Shown piece after piece: positions 12,851 through 23,889 of a stretch of 41,844 bases of DNA. The DNA lies in the NCBI GenBank assembly GCA_001724265.1, contig MEDY01000286.1, positions 1 to 41,844 of the forward strand. The letters are read 5' to 3'. The first letter of the stretch is position 1. Each line of letters opens with the position of its first letter. Source of the stretch: Rhizaria sp. SCN 62-66. Its lineage: Eukaryota. The notes beneath the pieces were generated by a model that was not told the origin of the DNA, did not search any database, and worked only from the letters and a program-made list of their open reading frames with translations. The position numbers were made by a program, and so were the translations under genes.

Positions 12851-13148
12851 CGCGGAAGAGTCGAACGAGGTTTAAAACTCAAAGATGTGTCAAATTGCGT
12901 GGAATGTAGCGGGGGTTATATCAAGGTGGAGCGGGGAGCTGCGTCGGCGGGAATCGAGCGCGTACGCACACCAGAGCCGGTCTGGGCTTTGTCTTGAAAT
13001 GCAGTATGAAACACAAGGGAGCAGTTATATGAGGTATAATAATGCAATAATATATATTATTGGCACTTGATCATTGGAGAATATAGCACCGTGCTGTTGA
13101 CGGAATCCTCATCGAGTTATTCATTATTTTTGTTGTTACAGCACCTCA
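12851..13148. promoter_or_regulatory. Compact divergent intergenic region (298 bp), probable bidirectional promoter
   Basis: ATG at 12850 (-) and ATG at 13149 (+) point away from each other. No specific element identified. Confidence 0.45.
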
Positions 13149-14512
13149 ATGTCGGGCTCGCGCGCCGAAGAAGAGGAGCAGTTCCGCGATTTCTTCCGTA
13201 AGTCGGCGCGGATTGCGCCTCCGTCTGCTGCGCCTGCACCAAGGCTCCCCGACATTACGCTCGACACATTCGCCGCGTCCTTTAACGCCGAGACCCCCGC
13301 TGTGTCTGGCCAGGCCGGCGCTAAGAACCCGTTGCCAACCACGTCAGCCCTCGGCCCCAAGAAGGGTCTCGCGCTGCCCTCGAAGAGAAACGCATCAGCA
13401 ACCAATACAGCCACTGGCAACGGTGTGTCCAAGGCGGACGCTAGCGCTAGCAAGGTTGCATTTGACATGGAGCTCGTGGCGGAGACCTGGACCGAGCTGA
13501 GCTACAGCTTCCCCACCCTCACAGTCGCTGGGCTGGTGAACCTCGCGCGCTACCTCCAGCACCACTTCGGCGCGCTCAAGGCACTGCCGCCGCGCGCCGA
13601 CGGCGTCGCGCTCTCCACCGTTGTGCTTACGAACCTTGTCCGCGTTGCCTCTGCGCCCCGCACCGGCGCGGGCGCGAGCGCGGGCGCGAGTGCTGTGGCG
13701 GCGAAAACGCCCGCGAGCGGCACAGCTGTTGCGTGTGTTGCTGGCTGTAACGACGGCGCTCGCCTCGCTGCTGCTGCGGCCCGCGTGCTGCGCGCGCTTG
13801 CAGTCAGCAGCCTCCCCGCGCTGCTGGCGAGCGACCGTGAGCAGCTGAGCCGTTTCTGGGGCAACGTGGACCCCGAGGCGCTCGCGCTCGCGATGGCACA
13901 GAGCGTGGAGGACGCCACCTCTGCGGCCACGGCCGCCGTCACGGCCGCGAATACGGCCGCGGCTGCTGCGTGGGCTGGGGTGGCTGCTGCGGCGACGACG
14001 CCAGTAACGCTGAGCTCACGGTCAGATGCTGCAGACCGGGTGATTGCGTACAGCGCGGAACTCGCGTCGCCAATCGTCCCACATCAGCAGCAGCTACACT
14101 GCTCCCAGTTCTTTGGTCCGATGCCCCCCGGCGACGCCGCCGCCGTCCAGCGCAACGACGGCAGTAGCGCGGGGGAGCGCGGCCACAGCAGCAGCAGCAG
14201 TCTCGCCCGCAACGGTGGTGCTGCCGACAATAGCGACGGCGTTGACGATGGTGGCGAAGATGTTGCTGTTGTTGCTGTTGAAGGCAAGAACGATAAAATC
14301 AAGGACCGTCACGCTGCGGCGCTTGCACAGTCGGGAGCGCGCGTGCTCGTGCTGCCCCCAACTCGCGGCCGCAACAGCAACACTGTCAGCAATGGCGGGG
14401 ATAAGTCGTGTGGCCGTCGAGATTAGAAGAAACCGAGTGATCGTGACAGCGACTGCGGTGACTCTAGCTTCAAAGGTGAAGACGGTAGTGACGGTTATGG
14501 TAGCTATGGCAG

Positions 14513-14549
<37 letters not shown>

Positions 14550-17375
14550 AACATCTCCGCTGACGGCGACGATCATCGCGGCGGCGAGGCTGATGACGAT
14601 AGTGATGACGGGTTTGGTGATGTCAACTACGAAGACAACAGTGACGACGACGATGGCGAGGGCTATTTCACAGGCATTTCCAAAATCATCAACAACAACA
14701 AGCCCTTGAACTCCTCGAAAACTGCATCCGCCTTTGTGAGCACCGCAAGCCCCAGTGTGCCTCAGAGTGACCGCGACCCCGGGCTGCACTCCTGGGCTGC
14801 CCACGGTCGCCGGCTCCTGTCTCTCCTGCGGCTATGGGCACACCCGATTGCTCTTGGCTTCCGCTTACCCGCGTGCTTAGACTATGACATCGACGCCGAA
14901 ATGAAGCCGCCAGCGCCAAAGGTCGACACGCCTGCGACCAACAGCAAACCCTCCGCGACTGCTATGACTGAGCCTGAGCAGGCGTGGGTTGCGTACAGCG
15001 GTGTCACTGCGGCCTCACTTGTGTCAATGGTACAAAACCTGTTCCACTCGATCAGCGACGCCGCAGCCACGAACGCGCGCCTCTCCAAGGGTACCAGCAG
15101 CGGGCGGGAGCCCGAGGCACTCCGCCGTTGCTTAGTCAGCGCCGCCCCCTCTGTCAGCGCGCACGACCAGCGGCCTGAGCCAGAGTTGGCCGCCGCCGAG
15201 TCGGCCGCCGCCCACAGCCGGAGTCCTTGGCTAGTGACCGTCGACGTGGAGGAGGTTCGCGAGCTCACTGTCACTCTCCTCTCCGGCGCCCTCTCTCAGT
15301 CGCTGGCGCAATCAGTTGCGCGTGCGGGTGCGCAATCATCGGTGACGAGTGCAGTGACCGCAGCAGCCGTGACTGCAGACGCAGCCGTGGCTGTCCCTGC
15401 CGCGGTGCAAGCTCTGTCAACGATGCTGATGGTCACTGCTTCTGCGGCGACTGTTACTACGACAAATGAAGCGCCCTTAACGCAGTCAGGTGCGGTGCCA
15501 GCTGCTGTAGAGCGGTTCTTGTCCGTGATTAAGAGCAGCTGTGACCGCGCGCTCGCTACAGCCGCGGTAAGCGACACGAACGCGGTCGCTGCCAACGCTG
15601 TCGCCGAGGCGCTCGCTGCTGCGAATGGCCTCGCGACCGGCGCCGGTGCCAAGACTGTGAGCACCTCGAGTGCCATTGGGAACCGCTGGGGTGAGGAGTG
15701 CGCGTGGACCGCGCTTGCTGCCATCCACAACAACAGCAATAACAAGAACAGTCGCAAGAATCTCAGTTCGACGGATTTCAACATCGCATCTGGGGCCTCA
15801 CTGACGACAGGTGCTGCGGCGGCAGCGGCGGCTCTTGCGACGGCGCTGACTTCGCAGTCGTCTGCGGCGCGCGAAAGCGGCCTGGACTGCGCGTGGGTCG
15901 GTGAGCTCGTACGTTCCGTCTCGGCCGCGCTGCCCTCGCCGGTGCTTGCGTCGCTGCTGTTGGCAGTCACGCGCAGCGTTGTCGACGCAACACCTGTATC
16001 CGTGACTGCGGGCGGCGACGGTGACGCGGACGATCGCAACTACTGCCCCCGCATTATGGACTGTGCAACAGCCGCAAATCATACTATAGTGTCGTATCTG
16101 TCGCTGTTCCGCACGGTTTCTGCTACTGCTAGCCCAAGCGACTGCGAGCAGATCATCGATGAAGTGAGTGCAGACTGGACGGCACCGATTCCCACTCCGG
16201 TGCGTCCAGTCGATAGCCTCAGCCTGAGTGGCGGCGAAAATGTCATGACCGAGACGAGTGTGGTTGCAAGGCTCATTGAGTTATCTATTTCGCTCACATT
16301 CGCGATCAAATCAGTTGCTCAAACGATGACAACTCCTCCTGCCGCTATTGCTGCTGGTAACAAAACGTCCGAGTCAACGGAGATTCAATGCGCAGCCAAT
16401 GCCCTCAACAGTGATGCTCGCATGGGCATTCACGCTGCGCAGACCGCCCTTGCGTCAGTGTTGCGCCTCTTAGCTTGCCTTGCTGCGCACAGCTCCCAGG
16501 TCCTCACTGCTTTAGCAGCAACGCCCGTTGTATGGTCACTCCTTACGCACACGCCAGCCGCGACGACAGCGCTGCTATCGCCCGAGTCTCCTCTCACAGT
16601 CACCGATCTCCTTGCGTGGTTGTCGCTCGCCGACTCTGCTGCAATTGCTGCTGGGTCAAAGTCGCAGCTTCTACTGTCGGAGAGCGCTCTCACGATGGCG
16701 ATTGCAGCTGGTCTCGCCACAGGCCAAGCCGAAGCACAGGCCGCGGTTGATGCCGAGCTTGACGCACTCCTGGGCGACCTCTCTGACGACGAAAAATGTA
16801 CCGGTCAGACCAAGACGCAGGGATCAAGCGAAAGCTCTCTGGGAAAGGTTGCTCCTCCTTCTTATGTCACAGCATCGGTTGCTGCGCTGCGCAACGTCGC
16901 TGCTGCTGGCGTCGCTCGCGCTATCAGCGACGCAGTGACTACGACCACAGCGGCGGCGACCAGCGACTCGGCTGGAACTGCAGCAGCCATTCCGACTGCG
17001 CAGACAGTCTGGGCCGCGGTGAGCGCTGCAGTGGCCGCTTTAGTCGCTGTGATCAAGGTCCCGCACGCTGAACGCACGGCGCTGCTTGCTGCGATGCTCG
17101 CTGACAGCCATGGATTTGCTACGGCAGCAAGTGATGCTTCAGTAACTGCTGGCAGTGTATTACATAGCGCGATGCGGACGCTGAGCAATGCCATTGCAAA
17201 GACAGCTAACGCGTCGGCGACGGCCACTGCATCTAAGACTGTAACGCAAAACGATATTTCAGTTGCGACGTCCAAGGTGGCAGGGGGTGACGGCGGTGGC
17301 GACCAGCATCCGAATGGCGGAATGCTGCTGACCTATCATGTATTGTGTAAGGTAGTGCGCGCTCGGTGCGACTGA
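13149..17375 (+). CDS. Uncharacterised Ala-rich helical protein (~1408 aa) read through one in-frame TAG
   Basis: ORFs 13149..14426 and 14706..17375 share a frame. After TAG 14424-14426 the frame stays open as an acidic linker (KKPSDRDSDCGDSSFKGEDGSDGYGSYGSGDDDDDDDDDDDN...) into the second ORF, which has only a TTG start. Ends at TGA. Confidence 0.8.
14517..14549 (+). repeat. (GAC)11 microsatellite, poly-Asp in the post-TAG frame
   Basis: Eleven perfect GAC units, in frame with the read-through CDS. Confidence 0.9.
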
Positions 17376-17575
17376 GCATCATTTTCACATGTGTGAATAC
17401 ACTCTCATCAGATCTCAGTTGGACAGTTCTTCAAAAATGAAATGTGACGGTGTGCTCATATGAAATCATTGAGTGTATTTGTGATCAATAAAGAATTGTA
17501 AGATGTTTACAGCGATGTCATGATGGAAGTCACGTTGAATCATTCTTTCTGCTCCTTTGTCCTTGGTGTCGTGAC

Positions 17576-17576
<1 letters not shown>

Positions 17577-17624
<48 letters not shown>
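17577..17624. repeat. (TCA)16 microsatellite, = (GAT)n on the minus strand
   Basis: Sixteen perfect TCA units followed by degenerate TTA/TCA/TCG/TTG triplets. Confidence 0.95.
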
Positions 17625-17625
<1 letters not shown>

Positions 17626-18118
17626 TATCATCGTCGTTGTCGTTGTTGCTAACCTTAATAGAATACGTATCATGTGAAGAAATGCACAAAACTAATTTGC
17701 GAAGCTCGAAATGTATTGGAGGGGAAAGAAAATCGATAAAAAGAAATATACATATTCATGATATGCGAATTGTTCAAATACATATTCCAGAAAATGTCAT
17801 TATGACAATATAGCCTCCTGCTTTGTTCAAATCATCAATGTTGTAAGCAAAGGTCAACCAATATTCATAATAATACTGTATCAACAAGGAGTTGCACCAG
17901 CAACAATTGAAGTTGAACCCGCAATCTTCACGTAATAAATAAATAAATGAATACAAGTTCTTGAATCCAAACCGATGCAGCAAAAAAGCTGCGTCAAAAA
18001 CTCGTCCATCGGATAACAATAGCTCTGCATCGTACAATCAAACACAACAGCAAAAACAGCAACTCACAAGGCGTTAGCCATATACTAAGAGCGCGCGTCG
18101 TACTACAACAGCGCCAGC

Positions 18119-21100
18119 TTACTCATTAGCACTGCCCTTAGTCTTGCCTTTGCCCCTCCCTTTGCCTTTGTCCTTGGTCTCCTTCGCAGTGGCGGTCGCC
18201 TCGGCAGTCGCAGCGCTGGCCGCAATCGCCTTTTCGCGCCTTGCCAGCGCGAGCGCGGCCTTGTGCTGCTTGCTCGTGAGCTTCAGCACGTCCCTCTTGG
18301 CCTTGCGAGCCGCACGCAGCATGTCCTTCAGCGAGCGCGGCGCGAACGCGGCCGCGAGCAGCGGCGCCCACTGCTGCAGCCGCTGGGCGCGCTCCCACGC
18401 GTCCCAATGTGGCGCCACTCGAGGCTCAGTCTGCCTCGCGTTAGCAACTGCGGCGACAGTATCCGTGTTAGCACCGTCGGCGTGGCTGTTGATGCTGCCA
18501 ACGCAGCTGCTGGTAGGAGGGAACGGCTCGCAGTGCGTGACCGGCATCGCCAGCCCCGCGCCCGCGGCGGGGACCCACCGGCCCGCGCCGCACACAAGCG
18601 AGGCCAGCGCCGCCGCGCGCGACAGCTGCGGCCACACCGCATCGCCGGCGTCAGTGCCAGCACCCGTGGACGGGTGCGAGGGTGCGTACAGAGAAGCGGG
18701 CGTCGCCGCGGCGCTACGGAGCCGGCGCATCGCGGGCGCGCAGCCGGCCACAGCGGCCACAGCCTCGCGCCGCCACTGCGCAACGCGCTCGGCACCGCTA
18801 GCGCCAGCGCCAGCGCCAAAGACACCACTGGCCACGAGATCAGCAGTGCCAGTGACGTCGCCATCACCCTCTTCCTCCGCGTCAGCGTCAGCGTCAGCGT
18901 CAGAAGCAGGAGCAGCATGACGAGTTGTTGCAGCAGCATCGTCGCTGCGCTGCGCCGGCGTCTGCGCCTGTGCCTGCACTTGCTCAGGCCTGTCATAGCG
19001 CGCAATCATTGCGAGCGCGGCCGCCTCGGCCTGCGCCCGCGCGCGCGCCGCCGCCCGCGCCGCGCGCGCCGCGTCCTTGGCCGCCGCGCGCGCCCGCAGC
19101 CGCGCCTCGGCGCCGGCGGCGGAGTCTGCGGCGGCAACGAGCGCGCCCGCCTTGAGCCAGCCCTGCCGCAGCGTGTCTGCGCAACGCACAGCGTCGCCGC
19201 CCCACCACACCGACCAGGACGCCGCCAGCACGCCCGAGCCGGGGAGCGTCGTGACACGGTACGCGGGGGACGCCGCCGACGCGGGTCTGCCTCTCGCGGC
19301 AGGCGCGGCAGTGGCGGTCGCAGTGGCAGAGCTGACGGCTCCATCTTGGGGTGTAATCGCGGTCGACTCAGCAGGATGTGATTGAGAATGCGACTGTGAC
19401 CGAGACTGAGGTTGCTGCTGCTGTTGCGGTTGCAAGCGAGGTTGATTCTGTGTGGAATTATACAGCTTGTCACCGGTCGCATTGGTGAGATCGCTGTTTT
19501 TGTTATTGAAGGAGCGCGCAGATGCATTAGGCCGACTGTTATTGTGCTTGTTATTATAGCTCCGGGTGGTATTGTCATTACTGTTGTTGTAGCTGCGCCT
19601 GCCATTGCCATATGCGTGATTCCCTACCGGAATCGATTCATCACCGGCATCGTGAGCACCAAACCACGCCGACGTCGGAGACAGCGACGCTAGCACAGCC
19701 GCGGACGACGAGAACAGCAAGTTCGAACTCACGCCATGACTGCTGCTCACAGCCACTCCCGCGCCAGTGTGTGCGCCCGTGCTCGTGCCCGTACTCGCCC
19801 CCAGGCTCGCGCCAGTGATTGTGCTGCCGGACACCGCGGCCGCCGCAGCCCGGAGCGCATGCTTGCGCGACACGGCGGGCGGCGGCACGCACACCGCGGC
19901 GCCCAGCGGCCAGCGCGGGCGCGGACGTAGCGCCGCGGGCAGCGACTGCAACAGCTCCATCTGAGACTGCGACGGTGTTTGTGACTGTGGCGCTTTGTTA
20001 TTGTGAGCGTAGAGAGGGCTGTTGCGCGGAATGGCGGACAGGCGCCACAGCGCACGCGTCATCTCGCTCTCCCGCACACAGTCACTCTGCTGCTCACGGT
20101 CGACGCTCTGCTCACGGCCACTCGCCACCTCGGCCCTAGCGTGCGCGGCGGCGGCCCAGGCAATCATGACGCCGTTGTCGGTGCAGAGCGCGCGCGGGGC
20201 CGCGGCGGTGACGAAGCCCCAGTGCGCGGCCGCGCGGGACACGTACTCGCGCAGATAGCCGTTGGAGGCCACGCCGCCGCACAGCAACAGGCGCCGCGGT
20301 GCAAGGGGGCTCGCCAGCGGCGGCGGGGACAGCGAGAGCACGTTGCGGGGGGCAGCGCTTGCATCGTCAGCAGCGTCATCGTCAGCAGTGCTTGTGATGT
20401 TGCGAGCGCCGCTGTTGTTGTCACCGGCGACGTTGTCGCCCGAGGGGAGCGCGCCTTCAAGTACTTGAAGCGAGCACGCAAGGCGGTGCACGAAGTGGCG
20501 CGCGACCGACGACTGCACGCTGTGCGCGAACGAGAGCTGGAACAGGGGCGACAGCAGCGCCGCGGTCTCTGCCTCAGTTGTCACGGCACTGATAGGCGCA
20601 CTGGTACTGGCACCCGCACTCGTCGTATTGTTGTTGTTGTTGTTGTTGTTGTGGAGCAGAGCGTCGACGTGCAGCGAGTGCGCGAGCGCGCGCCACGCCG
20701 ACTGCGAGGCCTGCGCGGCCGCAAGCGCGGACCCGGGGTGCGCGGACGCCAGAGCCGGGTGTGTGTAAGCGCCATCCGCAGTGTACGTGCCGTCAGCGCC
20801 GCCAGTGCTGCTGTCATTAAGGTTGTCGCGGGCGCGGGCCAAGGAGGCGGACACTGCGGCGGCATCGGCGGCCACGGCGCGGCGGGCGGCGGACTTCATG
20901 CCTGAGAAGGACAACGCGGTGTAGCCTGTGGTGCGGAGTGAACATAAAAATCAATACAGCGAAGATAGGTGGATAGTTCAGTTTAATTCAACATGAAATG
21001 CCTGTTTGACTCAATGTGTCTTATGATTAAGTTCGTCCCGACAGTGAAGATGAGAAACGTACCCAAACCCGCACCGGAGCCGGAGCCGGGGAGCGGCAGG

Positions 21101-23415
21101 GGGATGTCGACGAGCGGCAGCAGCGGCGACAACGGCACACGCGGCCGCGGCGGCAGCGGCAGCGCGGCGGCGACGGGCAGCCGCCACTGCTGGAACAGCG
21201 GCCAGTCAGACTCGCTGTCGCGCTGCTCGCGGTCACTCGTCTGCCCACGGTCGCTTGTGGCGGCGAGAGTGGGCAGGGGCGCGGCCTCAGGGGACTGCGA
21301 CACGGCAGCGAGTGGCGACGCCACGGGGGTCAACACGCCGCGCCAGGCCGCGGGACCGAAAAAGTCAACATCAGCAGCAGCAGCATCTGTGCTGCCCTCG
21401 GCGACCGTGCTGCCATCAGGGTTCTGCTGGGGAGCAGTGACGCAACCGGCGAGCAGCGCAGCCACGCGCGTGTGCCAGTGCGCGGCGCGTTCCAGAATGG
21501 CGCCCGGTGGCAGCACGGCGGGCTTTGCCGTCGCAGACTCGGTCACAGGGGCCGCTGTCGCCGCAACGCCGGTGTCGGCGCTCGCGTCGTGGCTCTCGGT
21601 GCTGTAGTCGTCTTCGTAGTCGAACCCAGCGTCCGCAGCGTTGCCGTTATCGCCCGCAGCGCGGGGCGGCGGCAGCTGCGGCAGTGCCTGGAGCCGCTGC
21701 ACGAGCTGCAGGTTGCGCCACTCGAGCCACGCGCGCACCGCGCTCGCGCCCGCGCCCGGCTGCAGCGCCCACGGGCTGGCCTCGGCGTCGACCGCCGCCG
21801 CCACAGTCTCTGCCGCCTCCGCGGCAGACGAGGCAGTGCTTGTGTCCGGTGTCGGTAACTGCGGTGCACTCGCGTCGGCGCCGAAGCGTGTGAGCGCGCG
21901 CCTGCGGTGCCAGTGCCTCTGCTCGCGCGTGGCCTCGAGCGCGCCCAGGTCGCGCGGATACACCGTAAAGGGCGAGGCGGGCGCTGACGGCAGCGGGGCC
22001 GCGGCAGGGAACGAGGCCGGCAGACGCGCGTCCGACAGGTGCGGCCATAGTAAGGACGCGGGGGGCGGGGCGGCGCGAGAGGCAGGCTGTGACTGGCGCA
22101 AGTGGGCAGTGAAGGCGGCCCACACGGCGGCAGGCGTCGGCCCGCAGCTGTCACCATCGCTACTGTTGTTGTTGCTGTTGTTGTTGTTGTTGCTGTTTGG
22201 CGTCGGGTGCAGCTCCTTGGGCAAGTACTTAAGTGGGAAGCACTCTGCGCTAGCCTCACCGACGCCGACGTCAGCCGCCTGCCGCGCGCGGAGCGCCTCC
22301 TCGGCCTCGACCACGGCAGCAATTGCCGCGAAGTTAAGCCGCGCGAGCCCGCCGACGCGGCACGCCTTGTCGAGCGCCTCGCCCGCGGCATCGTCGAGCG
22401 TGGTCGCGAGCACGCGGTGGCGGCCCGGCGCCGCGGCCCACACCAGCTGCGAGTGCCCGCCGCTGGCCACGAGCGCCAGCGCAGGCGTCGCCGTCAGCGG
22501 GGACAGCGGCCGCGGGGGCAGCGAGCGCGCCACGGCCGCTGCGGACGCTGCGAGCGCGCTGCTACTGTTCTGACCAGCCGCAGTGCTACTGCTGCTGCTG
22601 TCATTAGCAGCCATGGCCGTAGCGACGGCGGCGGCGGCGGTGGGCGCGGCCAGCTCGGGGGCCAGCTGCGCGACGAGCGCGTGCGCCTCGACGTGGTTCA
22701 CACCTAGCAGCGGCACGCCCCAGGCGAGCGCGAGGCGCGCCGCGGCGGCCACGCCGACCGAGAGGCACGGCGCGAGCCCGGGACCGGAAGCCACCGCCAC
22801 CGCGTCCACCGGCACCGAGACAGGGACAGGGGGCGACGAGGGCGCGGTGGCTGGACTTTGGGGGAGTTGAGGGGCAGCTGCGGCCTGCGTGAGCGCGCGT
22901 GCGACGACGGCGCCGATGTGTTTCCTGTGCTAGCGCGCCGCGACCGAGGGCATGACGCCGCCGAGCTGCTCGTGGATGGGCCACTGCGAAAGCAGCGAAT
23001 GCGCGCGCAGAGAGCCGTGCGTGGTGAGGACGGCCGCCGCGGTCTCGTCGCAGGAGGACTCAATGCCCAGAATCACCGCGGGGCGAGAGGCAGCAGCAGC
23101 AGCAGCAGCATGGGCAGATGTTGATGCTGAGGCGGAGGAAGCAGATGTGGAGGCGGAGGTAGAGAAGTAGCTGCGAGAGTTGATGTTGCTGTTCCGATGT
23201 CCAAATGAAGTGACTGCAGCTGAGTGCGAGTGCAGCTGAGAGGGTAGATGGGGGCCGTATTCAACCGCGCGTTGCGCATTTGAGGCTGTATATGCATTTG
23301 CAGAAGCAGCAGCAGTCGCCGCAGCAGAAGCGGATGCAGAGCAGGCTGAGGCCGCTGCGGCGGCGGCAGGCGCAGTCACGGAGCGAATGCTCGCAAGCCT
23401 GAGCATTGCCGACAT
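18119..23415 (-). CDS. OSGEPL1: Mitochondrial-type tRNA N6-threonylcarbamoyltransferase (Qri7/OSGEPL1, TsaD/Kae1 family), ~1719 aa; exons 23415..21063 and 20925..18119; one in-frame TAG
   Basis: Family motifs appear in order: LGIESSCDETAAAV, GGVMPSVAAR*H, AVASGPGLAPCL, NHVEAH, LVASGGHSQL, TLDDAAGEALDK, PGAILE, LSFSGMKS, LCGGVASNGYLR, CTDNGVMIAW. The N-terminus (MSAMLRLASIRS...RSYFSTS) resembles a mitochondrial presequence. TAG at 22930-22932. Confidence 0.92.
20926..21062 (-). other. Spliceosomal intron (137 nt, phase 1) in the Qri7-like gene
   Basis: G|GTACGT...CACCACAG|GC, AT-rich. Splicing restores the frame into GYTALSFSGMKS. Confidence 0.9.
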
Positions 23416-23889
23416 GCGCGCCAGGTCAACTCAGCTAAAAATATGGAGTGCTGTTGTCTTTAAAGCTGCGAGTTCAGGATATTACTACTTGGGGAGTGAG
23501 AGAGCGAGTGCAGCGAGCGATTGTTGAGAGATGGCCGGAGAAAGAGGGGAGTGAGTGCAGAGAAACTAAAACAGAAAACCAAGAGATATAAAAAGAAAAT
23601 ACAATGTAAATTCACGCATTGAATACTGGCGAACGTAATAAACTGATGTTGACGATCAGTGTCGCAATCTGGATCAAATTTCCTGTCGCAACGTTGGTGG
23701 GTTGCGAGAGTACCGTCGGCGAAGAGGATTGAGAAGTCCAATGATAATATCGCCCAAATTAAACGTATGTGGGGATTGTTTCGTTTAATCTGGCTTGAAT
23801 TGATATGCCTCATATTTGATTTGAAATAATCGTTCTTTATCTTGCGCTTAGTCGAGTTCACAGCTACTTTACATCGAGACTTCTTTCCG

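Noticed and set aside
17774-18037. AT-rich 87-aa minus-strand ORF as a foreign or viral gene fragment
   Set aside because: TTG start, no recognisable motif, and composition matches UTR/intron DNA.
2061-22932. Pseudogenes or random sequencing errors as the cause of the internal stops
   Set aside because: No frameshifts and no internal TAA/TGA, all interruptions are TAG, and motifs downstream are intact. Not fully excluded without reads, since CAG-to-TAG is a common change.
2061-22932. A-to-I editing (UAG to Trp), pyrrolysine, or programmed readthrough
   Set aside because: Trp fits the polar contexts poorly, Pyl is not known in eukaryotes, there is no shared 3' readthrough context, and three leaky stops in one gene would nearly abolish the full product. 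Editing still needs cDNA to exclude.
22930-22944. Tiny GT..AG intron (GTCGCGGCGCGCTAG) that would remove the Qri7 TAG
   Set aside because: It would delete VAAR* and break the conserved spacing to the His. It has no donor consensus, and supported introns here are over 100 nt and mostly AT-rich.
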